A DNA stretch of 64,000 bases from Negaprion brevirostris (taxonomy: Eukaryota): assembly GCA_030324005.1 (NCBI GenBank), contig JARDVH010000121.1, positions 9,737,539-9,801,538 on the forward strand. Reading direction: 5' to 3'. This document shows positions 40,992 to 54,905 of the stretch, in pieces; the first letter of the stretch is position 1; each line of letters begins with the position of its first letter. A model generated the notes under the pieces. That model was given only the letters and a program-made list of their open reading frames with translations. It was not told where the DNA came from and ran no database searches. Both the position numbers and the translations under genes were made by a program.

Positions 40992-43900
40992 GTCAGTGGA
41001 CTTTGGAGTATATATCTGCAGACAATTGAACGGGACAACACAGTTAAATAATGTGGTTAATTTGGTAAATGTAATACATGTATTTATTAACCGAGGCATA
41101 GAACATGAGGACAAAGATTGCGTGCTGGAATAGTATAAACCAATTGTGAACCGACACCTAAAGTACGGCGTGCAGGATTTTTTAGTGGCCACGTGTTTAA
41201 TGGGGCGACGTGATGTAATTGAAGATGCAAAGTAAATTCAACAGCAACTCATCCTTGCGAAGATTTGCAATTATTGTGATAAAACAAATGAGCTAGGACT
41301 GTTTCGGCAGGAAAAAGAACAGTTGAAGGTGGGACTTGATATAGTTGTGTCGGAATATGAGTGGCATTGATACCATGTGTAGAAATGCATTTGAATCACT
41401 CGTACTGAGTGAAATGAACAGGGTAAGAGAATGAAGTTGAGGAATAAAAACATAACTGACTAGTTGAGGTGCAAATAATTGATTCAGAGAGTTCTGGGAA
41501 TCTGTAACCACTGGCTGATAGTTTGGATGAGTCAAAATCTGTTGTAACGTTTATGTGTTTAGATATGATTCATGCTGCCATAAATTGCAGTGCTATGGAC
41601 CGATCACTGGGAATTTTGTACGTTTAATGAGATATTTGGTGTCCTGCTAAAATATTTTGGCAGAATGATTTTCTGTCTTTTTAACTTCATTGAACATGAT
41701 GCAAAGAGCATGGTATCCAGGATTAATTCGCCCGACTCCGCTTGTCATCACAACATAATATATGTTTAGTGTCAATGCATTTCTTGGCTTTAAAAGCAGG
41801 AACACAATCATTTTTAAAAACACAAAAACAAAAAAAAAAGAGCAAAAGAACGAAGCTTTCAACTGTCTTCAATTCCCCAACATTTTATCGTATGGCGCGT
41901 TATATACATGGCTAATTTGAAGTTCACCAATTGTGACCAGTAGTCAATCATGGATAGACTGTTTTTTCAACTTCTTGGAACATGGTCGCTATTTCACGTA
42001 CAATCACAAGCATACCCCTCTTTCCCGACATTCCTCAAACAAATTCACCTTGAGAAAACTAAGCTTCGATACATCCAATGTTCTGTAAAGGGTGATATGG
42101 ACTCGAAGCGCCAGATACTTTTTTCTCTCCTTACAGATGCTACAAGACTTGCTGACATTTTCCTGCATTTTTCCCTTTTAGGTTCACGTTACAGCATCTG
42201 CAAACAATCGTTTTTATGCACTGTAATACAATTTATTCATGCAGTATGGCACCCCTTAACAACTACGTCTGTGATGAAACCTTTAGCCCATCCTACAGCC
42301 CAATTGATGCCTATTCATCATGATCATTAGGTTTGATATGTGAGATATATTGATCAAGTAAAACACCAATTAATGGCGTTTCATGGGTCAATCGACATGT
42401 AAAAAAAAGTTTAAAAAAATACTTCTTACGAATTCCAGAGCTATCCACTTGCAACGACGATGTGAAAGGTTCAGCTGAGGAAAATTACTTCTGCGTATAA
42501 AATGTCAAGCATACATAAGGTTGTCATTTAACAAAATTCGAAACTGATACCGTTTTAATCCGGCGTCTACTAAACATTTTGATTCAATTTCGTTGCACGT
42601 TCAATCTTTAAACACAATGAGTTGTACTGAATACCGGTCAATACAATGGCATACCATAAGCACAACTCGCTGTGCAGTATTTCCAGGACGACATTACTGA
42701 TTAGACAGAGGTTTTTTTTTTCACCCTGATCATTATTAGCAGCAATACTGATGTTAAAATCATCATCATTGATACATAGAACTTTTTCGATCACGATTTT
42801 TTTTTTAGTTATCATGATTGTTATCCATTCATGAGCAGCAATCACAATTGGCAGGGCAAGTAATTGTGCTTTATGTTCAAAGAGCTCAAAAAGATAGAAG
42901 CAGCAATTCGCAGTAGGCGATGCATGGAAAAAAAAAACTCCACTCTCTGCTTAGCAGGGAACAAACTGAAGTGAAGTCGAAAATCGGCACGATTTTACAA
43001 ACCTTCGATCTTCAAAGATTTGCTTCAGCTCTAGACGATCGGTTTTGCTGAAATTCCTACAATATATCACCTAAAATGTAACTTTAAGGGGAAATGTTAT
43101 GTTGCTTCCTAGTTTAAGCTATGTATAACGGGAAACAGCTCTGACTATAATAGATCAAATGTGAAGACCAATTGCAATCTTGAGAACATTACATGCTTGG
43201 TGGCTGTTTGCGTTTGTTTTTTTTTCTGTTTCTATTTCTCACTTGCGGAGAAAGGGGGAGGGGACACTTCACTCATGTTCTAACAGTCCTCAGCCATTGA
43301 AATGTTTGAACAAGCAGTATAAATAAGCTTGGAGGTTCCTCTTCAATGTTCATCACACTTTTTTTTAGAATTGCCATACATTGCTGCTAAAACTGCAAAC
43401 CTTCATTTGCTGTGCGAGCGGACCCTAAATCAGACACTGTGCAAATGTTAGAATTCCTCAATCAACAAGTACGCGAAATTGAGAAAGCTTCACCGTACAT
43501 TTGATGTCATCAAATATCAACAAAATTAAATACATTATTCTACTTAACGATGTGTTCTTCATGCTAATTGCTTATAATGAATAATAACAGAAGAAAAAAA
43601 CAATGAAAAGTAAAGATCGGGGTTTAAATGCGATTTGTTTTAACAATGGCAATTCTGTTGAATTTGCATATTTTGAAAATAAACAAAAATGGATTGAGCA
43701 CAATAGATATTTGAAAATATGGATAAATAGGAAGATTGATGAACGTTTAATAGTTGTTCATCATCTATGTTGTTCATCAACTATAGTTGTTGATTAAAAT
43801 GTCTGGCACTGATGTGTGAGTGAGATTCGTTAAATTATTCCTAATGCAATGCTCTCAAATTTCATGTTCATTTGATACTATAGTGGATTTGAAAATGCAG

Positions 43901-44761
43901 GATTATTTTGTTTTTTTTTTATATTCACCTGTTGACCATGTTTGCTATACGGGCTGGAACACGCCAAAACATAAATGGGAGGAATGGCCGTTCAAAGGCT
44001 TGTCAGCGCAACATTTTTACTTCATTTGTCATCGTCTTTCTGTGGTTATCCGGAAACTTTTTGTCATATTCAGCACTTGCATGTGGATCAGAGATTGCGA
44101 TTTTTCAATCCAATGGTCAATCAAAGATTTGTAATGTCCAACTGAAAAATATTCGGAACAATGTCGGGAATTTCCTAAATGGGTAACATAACCCGTTTTC
44201 GACATCCAGTCATCGTTTGATTCCACTGAATACTGACGACGTCACCCTTCTTTATAAGAACTCATAGCGTTGCCGAAATTTTTACGCACTATCATTTTGG
44301 ACATGTGTGTATCAAGGAGTGTCATCATTGGCAGCTATGTGTCACTTTCTACGTTTCAATACCTGGAGGCCAATAACATTCTGCAAAAGAAAATGCATCC
44401 GCATGTTTCTCTTTCCTTCACACTCCGTTACAGCGAAGAAATCATGGACAGTTTTGCGATAAATACTATGACTTTTAGTGTGCGCTTGTGGGACTGTTTA
44501 TGAAAACATATATATCGAGCAATGCACGCAGCCAAGTGCTGCAGTTGCTCCGTGAGGCCCCACAGGCTTCTACTATATCCCCGTGGTGTTGTATCGATGT
44601 AAACTAATGCTGGTTTGAGTCAGACTTGTTATTAGTGCTTCTACAATATGTTGATTACGAACCACTGAAATATCTAAATGAATGCAAGGTCTATAGAATC
44701 TACACATATGACATGTTTCAAAGGGATAAAGGGGCAGAAAATTATTTTCCTTCTGTTGCAG

Positions 44762-44797
44762 AGCTCAACGAAAGCAAAAATTATCTGAAAACCCTCG
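44762..44797 (+). CDS. 36-nt phase-1 micro-exon ELNESKNYLKTL
   Basis: ttttccttctgttgcAG|agctcaacgaaagcaaaaattatctgaaaaccctcg|GTaagt (strong sites). Confidence 0.78.
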
Positions 44798-45102
44798 GTA
44801 AGTAAATATATATCATGAAGTTTGCGTCATTATTAGCCAGCTTTAAATATGACAAATCTATTTTATTTTTGGTTCACTTCAATGAATATATCAATAGTCG
44901 TAAAGTACGGCCGGTTCTATAGAAACACACATTTTGGGATTTCAACTGACAAGGACAGGAATGTCTGGCATATTAGGGAACTTAACAATTACCAGCAATG
45001 TGCCCTATTTTCGCTCCAGTGCAGAAATTTTGTGAAGCTAGGACTATGTTCCAGTCTGTATTCCTGTTGATTCTGACAGTTAAAATAAAATCTGCTTTAC
45101 AG

Positions 45103-45129
45103 AAAATGAGTTGAGCAAAAAGGCAGAAG
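45103..45129 (+). CDS. 27-nt phase-1 micro-exon ENELSKKAE
   Basis: tctgctttacAG|aaaatgagttgagcaaaaaggcagaag|GTaacg; 305-nt intron after the 36-nt exon. Confidence 0.72.
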
Positions 45130-45444
45130 GTAACGATTTAGTGAACTAAAATTAGAAAACAAATGATGGTAATTTTCCCTTGGAAAACAGGCGTCATTGA
45201 ATTTGTGGACAAATACATTTTTATGTGCACCTTTTATGCTGTTAGGATTATAAAGAGAAGAAGCAAATATCGCGATGCGTATGTGCGTTCCAACCAAAAA
45301 ATTATTGATGTTGACTGTGACAGTTGTGATGCTGAAGAACCTAACATGGATAACAAAAAAAAGACACTTTTCATGTGCCGACTGACAAAGTTTAAAGTTC
45401 ATTTATCAGCCACTAGTCGGCGTACATTCACACGGAATTGAAGT

Positions 45445-45686
45445 TACTATGGCAATCCCCAAGTCGCCACACTCTGGCGCATATTCGGGTACACCGAGGG
45501 AGAATTTAGAACAATAAATTCACTTTACCTGCACATCTTTGGACTGTGGGAGGAAACCTGAGGCCCCTGATGCAACACACGCAGAAACAGGGGGAATGTG
45601 CAAACTCCATGAAGACAGTGACCCAAGTTGGGAAACGAACCCAGGGCCCTGGTGCTATGAGGTAGAACTGCTAACCACGCTGCCTA
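45445..45686 (-). mobile_element. V-SINE/HE1-like SINE
   Basis: tttggactgtgggaggaaacc...tgcaaactcca...gaacccagggccctgg...gctaaccac. Confidence 0.8.
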
Positions 45687-47029
45687 CATTTTCGAACAGA
45701 TATTGCGAAGTGTAACGGCAAATCCACTGAGTGAAACTTGATATTTCATATCGGAGGACTGTTTATCGTTCTTTTTTTTATGACAGAAAGTTTCTAATGT
45801 TGTCTTCAGAGTTAACACTAGTGTCTGCCTTAAAAATATTCTGATATTCAAGAGAGAATGGTAATTTTATTCAGTGCAGGAGACACAATGTGAATGAGGG
45901 ACATTTGTTGTGAGGAGTATACTAATGAACTTTCAGATCTGAACATTTCAGAGACTCATGCTGTCCAGCCCTATAATCAAAGTGCTGACGGGGCTGTCGT
46001 TCTACTTAATCTGCATTGTGTTATGGTACACTCACTGGCGTAATTATCATTTAATTCAATGTTATCATCGATTTGCCATCCCGGCATCTGGACCACTGAA
46101 AAGGTATTTGGTCGGTGAGTCTGTGAATACCCATATATCGGAAATGTTTTCCCACATTCTGACATGTTATTGCGTCTTCTGTCAATTATGGTTGCGTATG
46201 GGTTTCAATTTAAGTTAGTGGATGTTTTTCATGTTCGAAATGTGCTCTCGAGCGTCGTTAATGGTCGCCTGTGTGCAGGGAAATGCGCCATGAACTATGT
46301 GGAAAACGGTTGTTGCTTTTTTTTTTGCTTTGGACATTCTGCGTGAATAATTTGAAATTCAGATTTATGCAGATACACATCAACTGTTTTACTGTACATA
46401 TGTATAAAAGGCTGGCAGGAATGAGCCTTTCCCAAATAAGTGAGGCTGTACTATCACCTTCATTGCCCAAGGAAACGAATAGCTCTCAATATAGTTGGGT
46501 GAGGGCACGCTGCAAACACCTTACAAATTCATGCACGGTTGCCTTTGAGGGCCACTGACTAATTCTGAAAATATTCAAATTTTCAACAGTTTAATCTATA
46601 CCATTAGGCTGAATTACCTCATCTGCCACCACGCTGTTGAAAATATTTGCATTCCGGATCTGCTCTATGTCATTGCAAATCTACCACTTAATCCTGACGA
46701 TACTTCGAATGCGTCCCTGCGCACATTTAATGAGTCTCCACAGCTGGAACTTCAGCTTCTATTCACTTACGGTTTCTGCCCCAAGTAAGAACATAAGCCC
46801 TATCTGAACTAACTGTCTTGTCTTCACCATTCTGTTACGAATAGAGAAGCGCATTCAACGGATAAACAGAAGGCAACGCATGTGTCATGTAAATATGCAA
46901 ACTGTCACGCTTAATTCTCTGAGCTTTCTGTGCATGGCTTCTGAGATTCAACTGTAAAGCTAAGGGGGGAAATCATACTGATTATTAATTAGTCACAAAT
47001 AAGGCTTACATTTGCAGTGCAATGTAGCT

Positions 47030-47266
47030 ATCTCGAAATTCCCATAGTCGCCGACGTTAGGCGTTTGTTTGGATCATTACACCTAACTGGCACGTTTTTT
47101 TATCAGAACCTGGGAGGAAACCCGAGCAGCCGGAGGAAACACACACAGACATGGCGAAGACGTACACACTACATACAAACACTGAACGACACCGGAAATC
47201 GAACCCTTGACTCTGGAGCTGTGAGGCAGCAGTGCCAAACACTGTGCTACTGTGCCACCGTAGGTG
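47030..47266 (-). mobile_element. V-SINE/HE1-like SINE
   Basis: tgggaggaaacccgagcagccggaggaaac...atcgaaccc...actgtgctactgtgccacc. Confidence 0.8.
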
Positions 47267-47859
47267 GGTGAGGGCACGCTGCCAACCTTCGCAGAAATCA
47301 GCAAATTCGGCTGGGCGAATTAAGCAATAAGAATCGTTTGTCTGGTTCTATGATATTTTGCATGCTGAAATACATATTAAACCACCCAGACAAGTCATGT
47401 CGCCGTTCGTAGATTTTGAACATATATTTAAAATGATAATACCTAACACGAGGCAGTGATATGAAGATCAGTTTGCCAGCATGCATACAGAACAATTTTG
47501 CGTGCAATAATAGAGAAGTCTCAGGACGGAGAACTCACTGAGTTCAAGTTGTCATTACGAAAAATACGATTTTGAAATGGTTTGCAAAGCAGAGACGGAA
47601 ATAATATACATTTTTTTTTCGAAACAACTCCATATAGTTGAGGTGAATATCGTTCCTTTGAGAGGAAATGTTTGATATCACTCCTTGAAGGCAATGAATA
47701 CGATGCCTTTTGGGAAGTAGGCCATTTCACGGGTTATAATTATTTGTTATCAGACGCCAACTTCTTTACATGACTATCTTCCAGTTTTGTTTTGTTTTCT
47801 TAAATGATAGCCATCGTTGCATTTTTCTTAAGGAGCGTCAAAATAACACAAAAGGAGGG

Positions 47860-48410
47860 AAGACCGTGACCCAGTGGCAGTACGGCTAGACGATTAATCC
47901 AATCTTTTCGTTAATGAGCTACCGGACTCGAATCTCGCCACGGCAGTCATTCGAATTTGAAATTAATTAAACATATCTAGAATTAAGCATCTACTGATGG
48001 CATTCAAACCATTGTTAGTTGTCGAGAAACAAGAAAAAACGCCTAGTTCACTAAGAAACACGGAATATTCTGTTCATTGTTGCAGATTCACCCATCGTTC
48101 CAACGTAACTACGGACACAGTTATCATATGCACAAAAAACTCGGTCAAAACTGTGCTGTTTTCGTTGAATTGTTAGGAATCTGAATTGAATCTTACCTTC
48201 AAACTGAATTTCCGAGGAATATAACCTTTTTTTTCGACAGAGATTCAAGGGAACAAATGGAATGGAATTCTGATGTCCTTACCTGGCCTGGCCGTCATGT
48301 GTCTTCAAAGAAACATTGACTTGGTGACTATCAGCTACCCTCTGAACAAGGGACACCAGAGATGGAAAATAATTGCTGGCTTCCCAGCGACGCCCAAGTG
48401 CCGTAAATGA
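47860..48410 (+). mobile_element. Second SINE family (LINE-tail related), split by an inverted 200-bp insert
   Basis: Similar to 60040-60240 and to the antisense copies at 61025-61385 and 61930-62250; interrupted at gttcacta by 48053-48256. Confidence 0.6.
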
Positions 48411-49080
48411 ATTCAAAATGCATTAATTATTGTATCAGTACTTGAAAAATGTTATGATGTGAATGTGAATTCCCACGTTCAACAAAAATCCTTGGGATAC
48501 GACACTTTCAATCCAGTTTTCTTTTGGTTCGTACCGCATCGCCTTAATTTGATATGCCAATCGTTCTTGTTTTAACTACCATGAAACTTTGGACAATACG
48601 TATATATATATATATATAAAATCGCCGAGAAGTCAAATTGCACTCGGAAGTGCCTGGNNNNNNNNNNNNNNNNNNNNNNNNNNNNNNNNNNNNNNNNNNN
48701 NNNNNNNNNNNNNNNNNNNNNNNNNNNNNNNNNNNNNNNNNNNNNNNNNNNNNNNNNGGCAGGAAATTCTCCTTCGGTAACAAGTCTGAAGTGACGACGA
48801 ACGTTCTGATGCAGACTAAAAGCCAATGTTCGTTCAATACAGCCTAATAATTGACAGCCTTTACAAGTGACTTGTTCCCTTCAATCATCTTTCCAAAAAA
48901 GTATTATATTCCTCTGAAATTCAGGTTGAAGGTAAGATCAATTCAGATTCCTGTCAATTCAACGAATACAGCATGGTTTTGACCCAGCTTTCTGTGCATA
49001 TGATAACTGTGTCCTTAAGGACAGTTATGTTGGAACGATGGGTGAATCTGCAACAATGAACAAAATAATCCGTGTTTCTT
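48053..49080. repeat. Inverted repeat: 48053-48256 versus 48872-49080
   Basis: About 205-bp arms alignable by eye with scattered mismatches. Confidence 0.9.
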
Positions 49081-49549
49081 GTCCGCAACTAAAAATCTCA
49101 GCGTTTTAATGCATTTTAAACACATTATGTATTTACAGTAGTGAGCATTTGACATTAAGAAATCAGGCCCCAAAACACCGTTTAGAAGATAAGTCGTCCG
49201 ATTAAAAAAAAAATGAACTCGAATTACAACAATCGAATGGCACAGGTAAAATAACATAAACCAATGCCACATTTTCGAAATCAGCATGACTGTCTTTCTG
49301 GTGATATGGACGGATAACTATTACACTGAACATACCTCATTGAGGTGATTACACGTCAGTCGTTCTGTTCTCGGCGCACAAATAAAGAGCTTTGTTTTGG
49401 AAAATAGATCAAAGACATGATTTCTAAGTGGCATTTTTCCATGCACTAACGTATTGACATTCTAAAAATCCAAACGGCCTGATTCAGTTGTCCTACGTTT
49501 TTAGCTATCGCAAGGTGTCATTTTTGTTAACAAACATTGATATTGAATT

Positions 49550-49690
49550 TTACAACATCACAGCGCAGTACAGGCCCTTCGGACCTCGATGTTGCGCCGG
49601 CCAGTGGAACCAATCTAATGACCCTCTAACCTAAGCTATTCCAATGGTATCCATGTGCCTATCCACTGACCATTTGAACGCCCTTAAAGT
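49550..49690 (-). mobile_element. CR1 3' tail fragment
   Basis: cagcgcagtacaggcccttcggacctcgatgttgcgcc matches 58990-59120 and the reverse complement of about 23830-23950. Confidence 0.8.
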
Positions 49691-50859
49691 GTTAGATTGT
49701 ATTTTGGAACGAATGAGTTGACATAGTGTGTTGCTCGAATTACGAACGCACGGAATACGTTTGTTTTTGCAAGTAAATATATATGGCAGTGGGAGTTTCC
49801 AATCCAATGAAAATTCAAACGCACAAATCCACTGAATACTGGCATGTCCGACGCCTCATTCATGATTTAAGTATAGGAGATGAAAATCACACGTATGTTT
49901 CTTTAGAGCTTATTTTTTTGGTAAATTTGGTATCGACAGCCATTATTATGCTTCACTTTCACATGTATGCATTGGAATTTTGAACGCGCATTGCTGGCTA
50001 CGTTAACAGTACCTGCTTGTCTACAACAGATAGCGCGAATATTATTCAACATGAACTACGCTATCGCTGTCAAATTTCCCTTAAATCATGGAAAATGTGT
50101 ACTTGTCTCATCAATTAGCCTCGTTGGTGCTGTCATTTAAAATCGCCAATGTAAACACAGCAGTGTCAGATTTGGAAATTTGCAATGATCAAGTGTCTGA
50201 AACGTGCACTGTATATTGTGGTCCATTTTCCCCCGAACATACATTGTTCCTGTAATTTCGAGCATCAAAGCTCGACCCTCTGTGTGTCATTTTATGTTGT
50301 ATTCACTGTGTTTTTAGATCCGTCCGTCGCTGTCTATGTCCAACACGGGTGTCTAAGGATATTTTCACACATCAAATTGATGAATCAATTCATGAAATCG
50401 TTATTCAGATTTCTTTTGAGATTGACAACGGCTTTATGGTTCACTAAAATTCAACCCCTTGCATGCTTAATCCCATAACACATATTCACCTGATAGTAGG
50501 ATTAAAAGCAGGCACCAAAGTATGCCAAATCTGAATTTCCAGAACTGGACATATAACATTCGAAAACGCAAATTATCTGAAAGCTTCCGCAGAACTTAGA
50601 AATATTTAATCAGAATGTTGAATGTTTTCATGCACCTTAACAGGAAAACATATTAACTCAAAAGGGGCAATTAATTGTGAAATCATTACTTTCCAACGGC
50701 AAGGAAATTCGTAGTCTTCTTGTTTCCCTCATTTATCCATTGATCGAAATTCAGCTTTGTATAAATGACTGGATGGGAGCTGGAGATATCGATGCCGCTT
50801 TTGCTGGTGTTGATTTAGATGAGACATTGAAATTTGCGAAGTGAAAACACCCCTCCAGA

Positions 50860-53800
50860 GCTAAACAGAAGAAAAAGGATCCAATAGCGGCAGCTGAGGA
50901 ACTTCACGGCTGTAATCTGGGAGATGTCGGCCCAGGGACATCTGCTAAGAAGTGGGAAGCTGAGGAAGCCCTCCAGTAATCAACAGAAAGAAGAACATCC
51001 CGTTAAGGCAGTTGAGGGACTTTGTTGTTCCATTCTGGGAGAAGTCAGCCTCGCAACGTCTACTGAGAATTGCAAAATAGAAGAAGACCATAACGATAAG
51101 TAGGAGAGAGAGCGTCCGCTAGAGGCAGCTGAGGGAATTCAATGGTTCATTATGGGAGACGTCGGCCCAGCGACATGTATTAAGAAGAGGGAAGCGGAAG
51201 ATCTGCTGTCAAGGAGACATAAGCTTGAAGCAATACGTTAGCGTTTCCCTCCCTCCTTCCTTCTCTGACCAAAAGAAAAAAAGGCCAATATGAGTAGTTG
51301 AAAGTGAAGGTAAGAGTTTTATTGACGTTCCTTAAATAATTAATTACTGCTCGAAATTTCAGTAAATGGGGCGAAGTTCTGCACTTTGTGCGATGTGACA
51401 GAACCCGGTCTCGGACGACGACATCTGTAGGAAGTGCACCATTTTGCAACTGCTTACAGACGGCGTGGATAGGTTACAGCAACAGTTGGATGCAATTAAG
51501 AGCATGAAGGTGGCGGAAAGCATTGTAATAGGAACTTTAGCGACGTTGTCACTCCCAAATTGCAGGTGGGTAGACGGGTAACCCCGGGATGGGGCAGGCA
51601 GACAATGCAGGAATCCTCTGTGGTCGCTCCCCTCCCGAACAAGTACATAACATTGGAAAATGTCTTATTTTTGGCTAAGAACAGTCACTAGAGCAATGGC
51701 ACCAAGGCTGGCTCCCTGGTTTAACAGGGTAAGACAAAGAACATTGGAGCAATTGTTTTTCAGAGACTCTATAGTTGGGGGGGGGGGGAGTTAGGGGGAG
51801 GACTTAAGTTCGTTCGGCAGAGGAGTTGGAACAAAAGCGAAGGTGAGGGAACTGAAGGCGGACTAGAGAGTTGGGCCAATGGTTTTCAGAGAAAGATTCG
51901 GCAGAGCATGCTTGCTTTTCAAAGGGGGTCTAGTGTAATGAAGTTATTTTGTTTCAGTGTGAGAAGTCTAAGAGGTGAGGCAGATGAACCTAAAACTTGG
52001 ATTGGTGCTTGGAAATAAGCTGTTGCTGTTGTGGAGATTTGGTTAAGGGGAGGGCTGGTTTGGCAGCTTAATGTTCGACCATAAAGATATTTCAGATGTG
52101 ATAGGAGGAATGTAAAAGGGTGGGGGGGGGAGGGTGGTGGTGAGTGCACTACTGCTACAGAGAAGATCACAGCTGTATTGTGGGAGGACACCTCGGAGGG
52201 CTCAGAGAGAGGCAATATGAGTAGCAGTCTGAATTACGAAGGGTGCAGTCACAATTTGGGGGTTTGCTGTCGACCGCCCAGCAGCCAGCGTGAGATAGAG
52301 GAACAGACATATGGGCAGAGTATGTCAAGGTGTAAAAGTAACAGGGTTGGTGTGGTGGGAAATTTTAATCTCCGCTATATTGACTGGGATTCTCTTAGTG
52401 CAAGGGGCATGAATGTGGCAAAGTAGAAGCATCCAGGAGGGAGTGCAGAAACTGTATTCAAATAGTCCAAATAAGGAAAGAGTCGAACTGGACCCTGTAA
52501 ACGAGTCTGGCCAGTTGTGCGACGTTTCTTTCAGGGAGCAATTCAAGAAGAATGTACACTATGCAGTGAGCTTTAAGGCAATGTTGGATAAAGTGAAGTC
52601 TCCAAGTGAGAATACTAATTTTGTGGAAGACAAATTATAACAGTATTAAGCAGGACTGAAGAATGTAGATTGGGGGCAGATGTAAGACGGCAAACCAACA
52701 TTCGAAACGTGGGAGAATTTCAAGTGTAAGTTGATAGGAATTCAGGACCGGCACATTTCTGTACTGGTCATGGATGACAATGGCAAGTTACGGCAATCTT
52801 GGATAATGAGAAATATTGTGAGCCTCGTCAAAGACCAGAAAAAAAGAAGCATTGCCAAGGCTAGCATCCTGGGGAAACAGGAATCAAGTGTGAAATATAA
52901 GGAAAGTGGACAAAAGCATAAGCAAGGAGGCTATAAGAGGTCACGAAAAGTCATTGGCCAGAAGGACTAAGGAAAATCTTAATTTAATTGATGCTTTATG
53001 TAAAGAGTAAGATGGCAGCTAGGGAAATGGTTGGACACTCAAGGACAGGCGAGGGAAACTATGCATGGAACCAGAGAAAATAGGCGAGGTACTAAATGAA
53101 TACTTTGTGTTTGTATTCACCAAAGGAATGTGCTGCATGATGAGTCTTTGGAAGGGTGTGTAGGTAGTTCGAGTCATTCTGAGATCAAAAAGGAGGCAGT
53201 GTCGGGGTCTCGACAAACATTATATTAGACAATTGGATGAGCCTGATGGGGTATATCCCAGGATACCAAGAAAGGCAATGGAGGACAATGTTGCGACCTA
53301 GTGAGGAATCTTTGTATCCTCACTGGCTGCAGGGGAGGACCCAGAAAATTGGAGAATCCCCAATTTTGCTCCTTTGTTTAAGAAGTGTATCATGTATAAT
53401 CCAGGATATTACAGGCTGGTGAGGCTTCCATCAGTGATAGGGAAATTATTGGAAGTGATTATTCCAAACAGGATTTTTTTTTCCCACTTAAGCGTATTAG
53501 CTAGAGGCAACATGTTAAAAAAGGGTAGCAAGGATGATCCAGATAATCAAAGGCCAGTGTTATGTCAGCTATAGCGAAACTATTGGAGAGGATTCGTCGA
53601 GAAAGGATTTACTCTCACTTGGAAATAAGTGGATGTACCTAAAAGAGGCATTAGGGTGTTGTGAATGGGAGGTTGTGTCTCACTAACTTGATCGACTTTT
53701 TGGAGGAAGTGATGAACATGAGTGATCTGGAAATGCTGGAGGGTGTTGTCCACATAGACTTCAATAAAGCTTGTGAACACGTCCCTCACGGCAGACTGGT

Positions 53801-54905
53801 TCAGAAGGTGACGTCAGGCGGGATCAGAAGTGAGGTAGTAAGATTGGTATGGAACTGGTTCAGTCATACAAGACAGATAGTACCATTGGGCGTTTGCGTT
53901 TCTGAATGTAGTGCTATGAAAAGTGCTATTCTTCAGAGATCACTTTTCGGACATTTGCTACATGTAAGTGAATTGGAGGGAAATGTACCTGATTTGATTC
54001 GTAAGTTTGAGGTCGACACAAAGGTTAGTGGGTTCACGGATAGTGAAGAGGACCTACAGACCTTACAGCAGGGTATCGATCGGTTGGAGAATTGGTTTAG
54101 AGATGGTGGATGGATTTTAATCCAGACAATTGTGAGGTAATGCATTTTGGACGTTCTGATAAAGATAGGAAATGCACAATGGATGGCAGGATTCTTCTGA
54201 ATTTCATAGGCAGAGGGATCATGGGAACACGATCACAGATAACTGCATGTGGCAATGCAGGTAGTCAAGAAGTTACATGGCAGGATTCCCTTCGTCGGCT
54301 GGGAATTGGGTTTAACCATTGACAAGTCATGTTGAAGCTTTATAGAAACTTATTTCGGCCGCACTTGGAATATTGTGTTCAACTCTGGGCAGCACACTAT
54401 CAGAAAGTTATTGTGACATTGGCAAGAGTACAGAACTTATTTACCAGGACGTCCCTGGTATGGAGGGCATTAGCTATGAGGAAGGGTTGGAGAAACATAG
54501 TTCGTTCTCACTGGAACAACAGAGGTTGAGACATGACATGGCGGAAGTAAACAAGGTTATAAGCAGCATGAACAGAGTGGATAGTTAGAGGCTTCTTCCT
54601 CGGGTGGAAGAGACAATTTATAGGAGGCGTAAATTTAATGTGCGAGGGATAAGGTTTACTAGAGCTGTACGAGGAAAGGTTTTTACGCAAATAGTCGCGG
54701 GTGTCTGGAACTCGCTTCCAGGGGGTGGTAGTGGAAGCAGATACGATTGTGAATTTTAAGGGGGGTCTGCACAAATACTTGAATAGGATGGGAATAGAGG
54801 GATTAGGTCCCCAGAAGGGTAATAGTTTTTGGTTCAGTCGGGCAACATTATTGTTGCAGGGTGAAGGGTCTAAGCGTTATTCCTGAGCTGAAATTTCCTT
54901 TGTCC
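50860..54905 (+). mobile_element. Near full-length, degraded CR1 LINE
   Basis: ORF1 remnant CRKCTILQLLTDGVDRLQQQLDAIK near 51430; endonuclease remnant LGVCCRPPSS..VVGNFNLRYIDW; RT CLTNLIDFLEEV, IDFNKA, MDFNPDNCEVMHFG, LYRNLFRPHLEYCVQLW; CR1 3' UTR. Confidence 0.9.
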
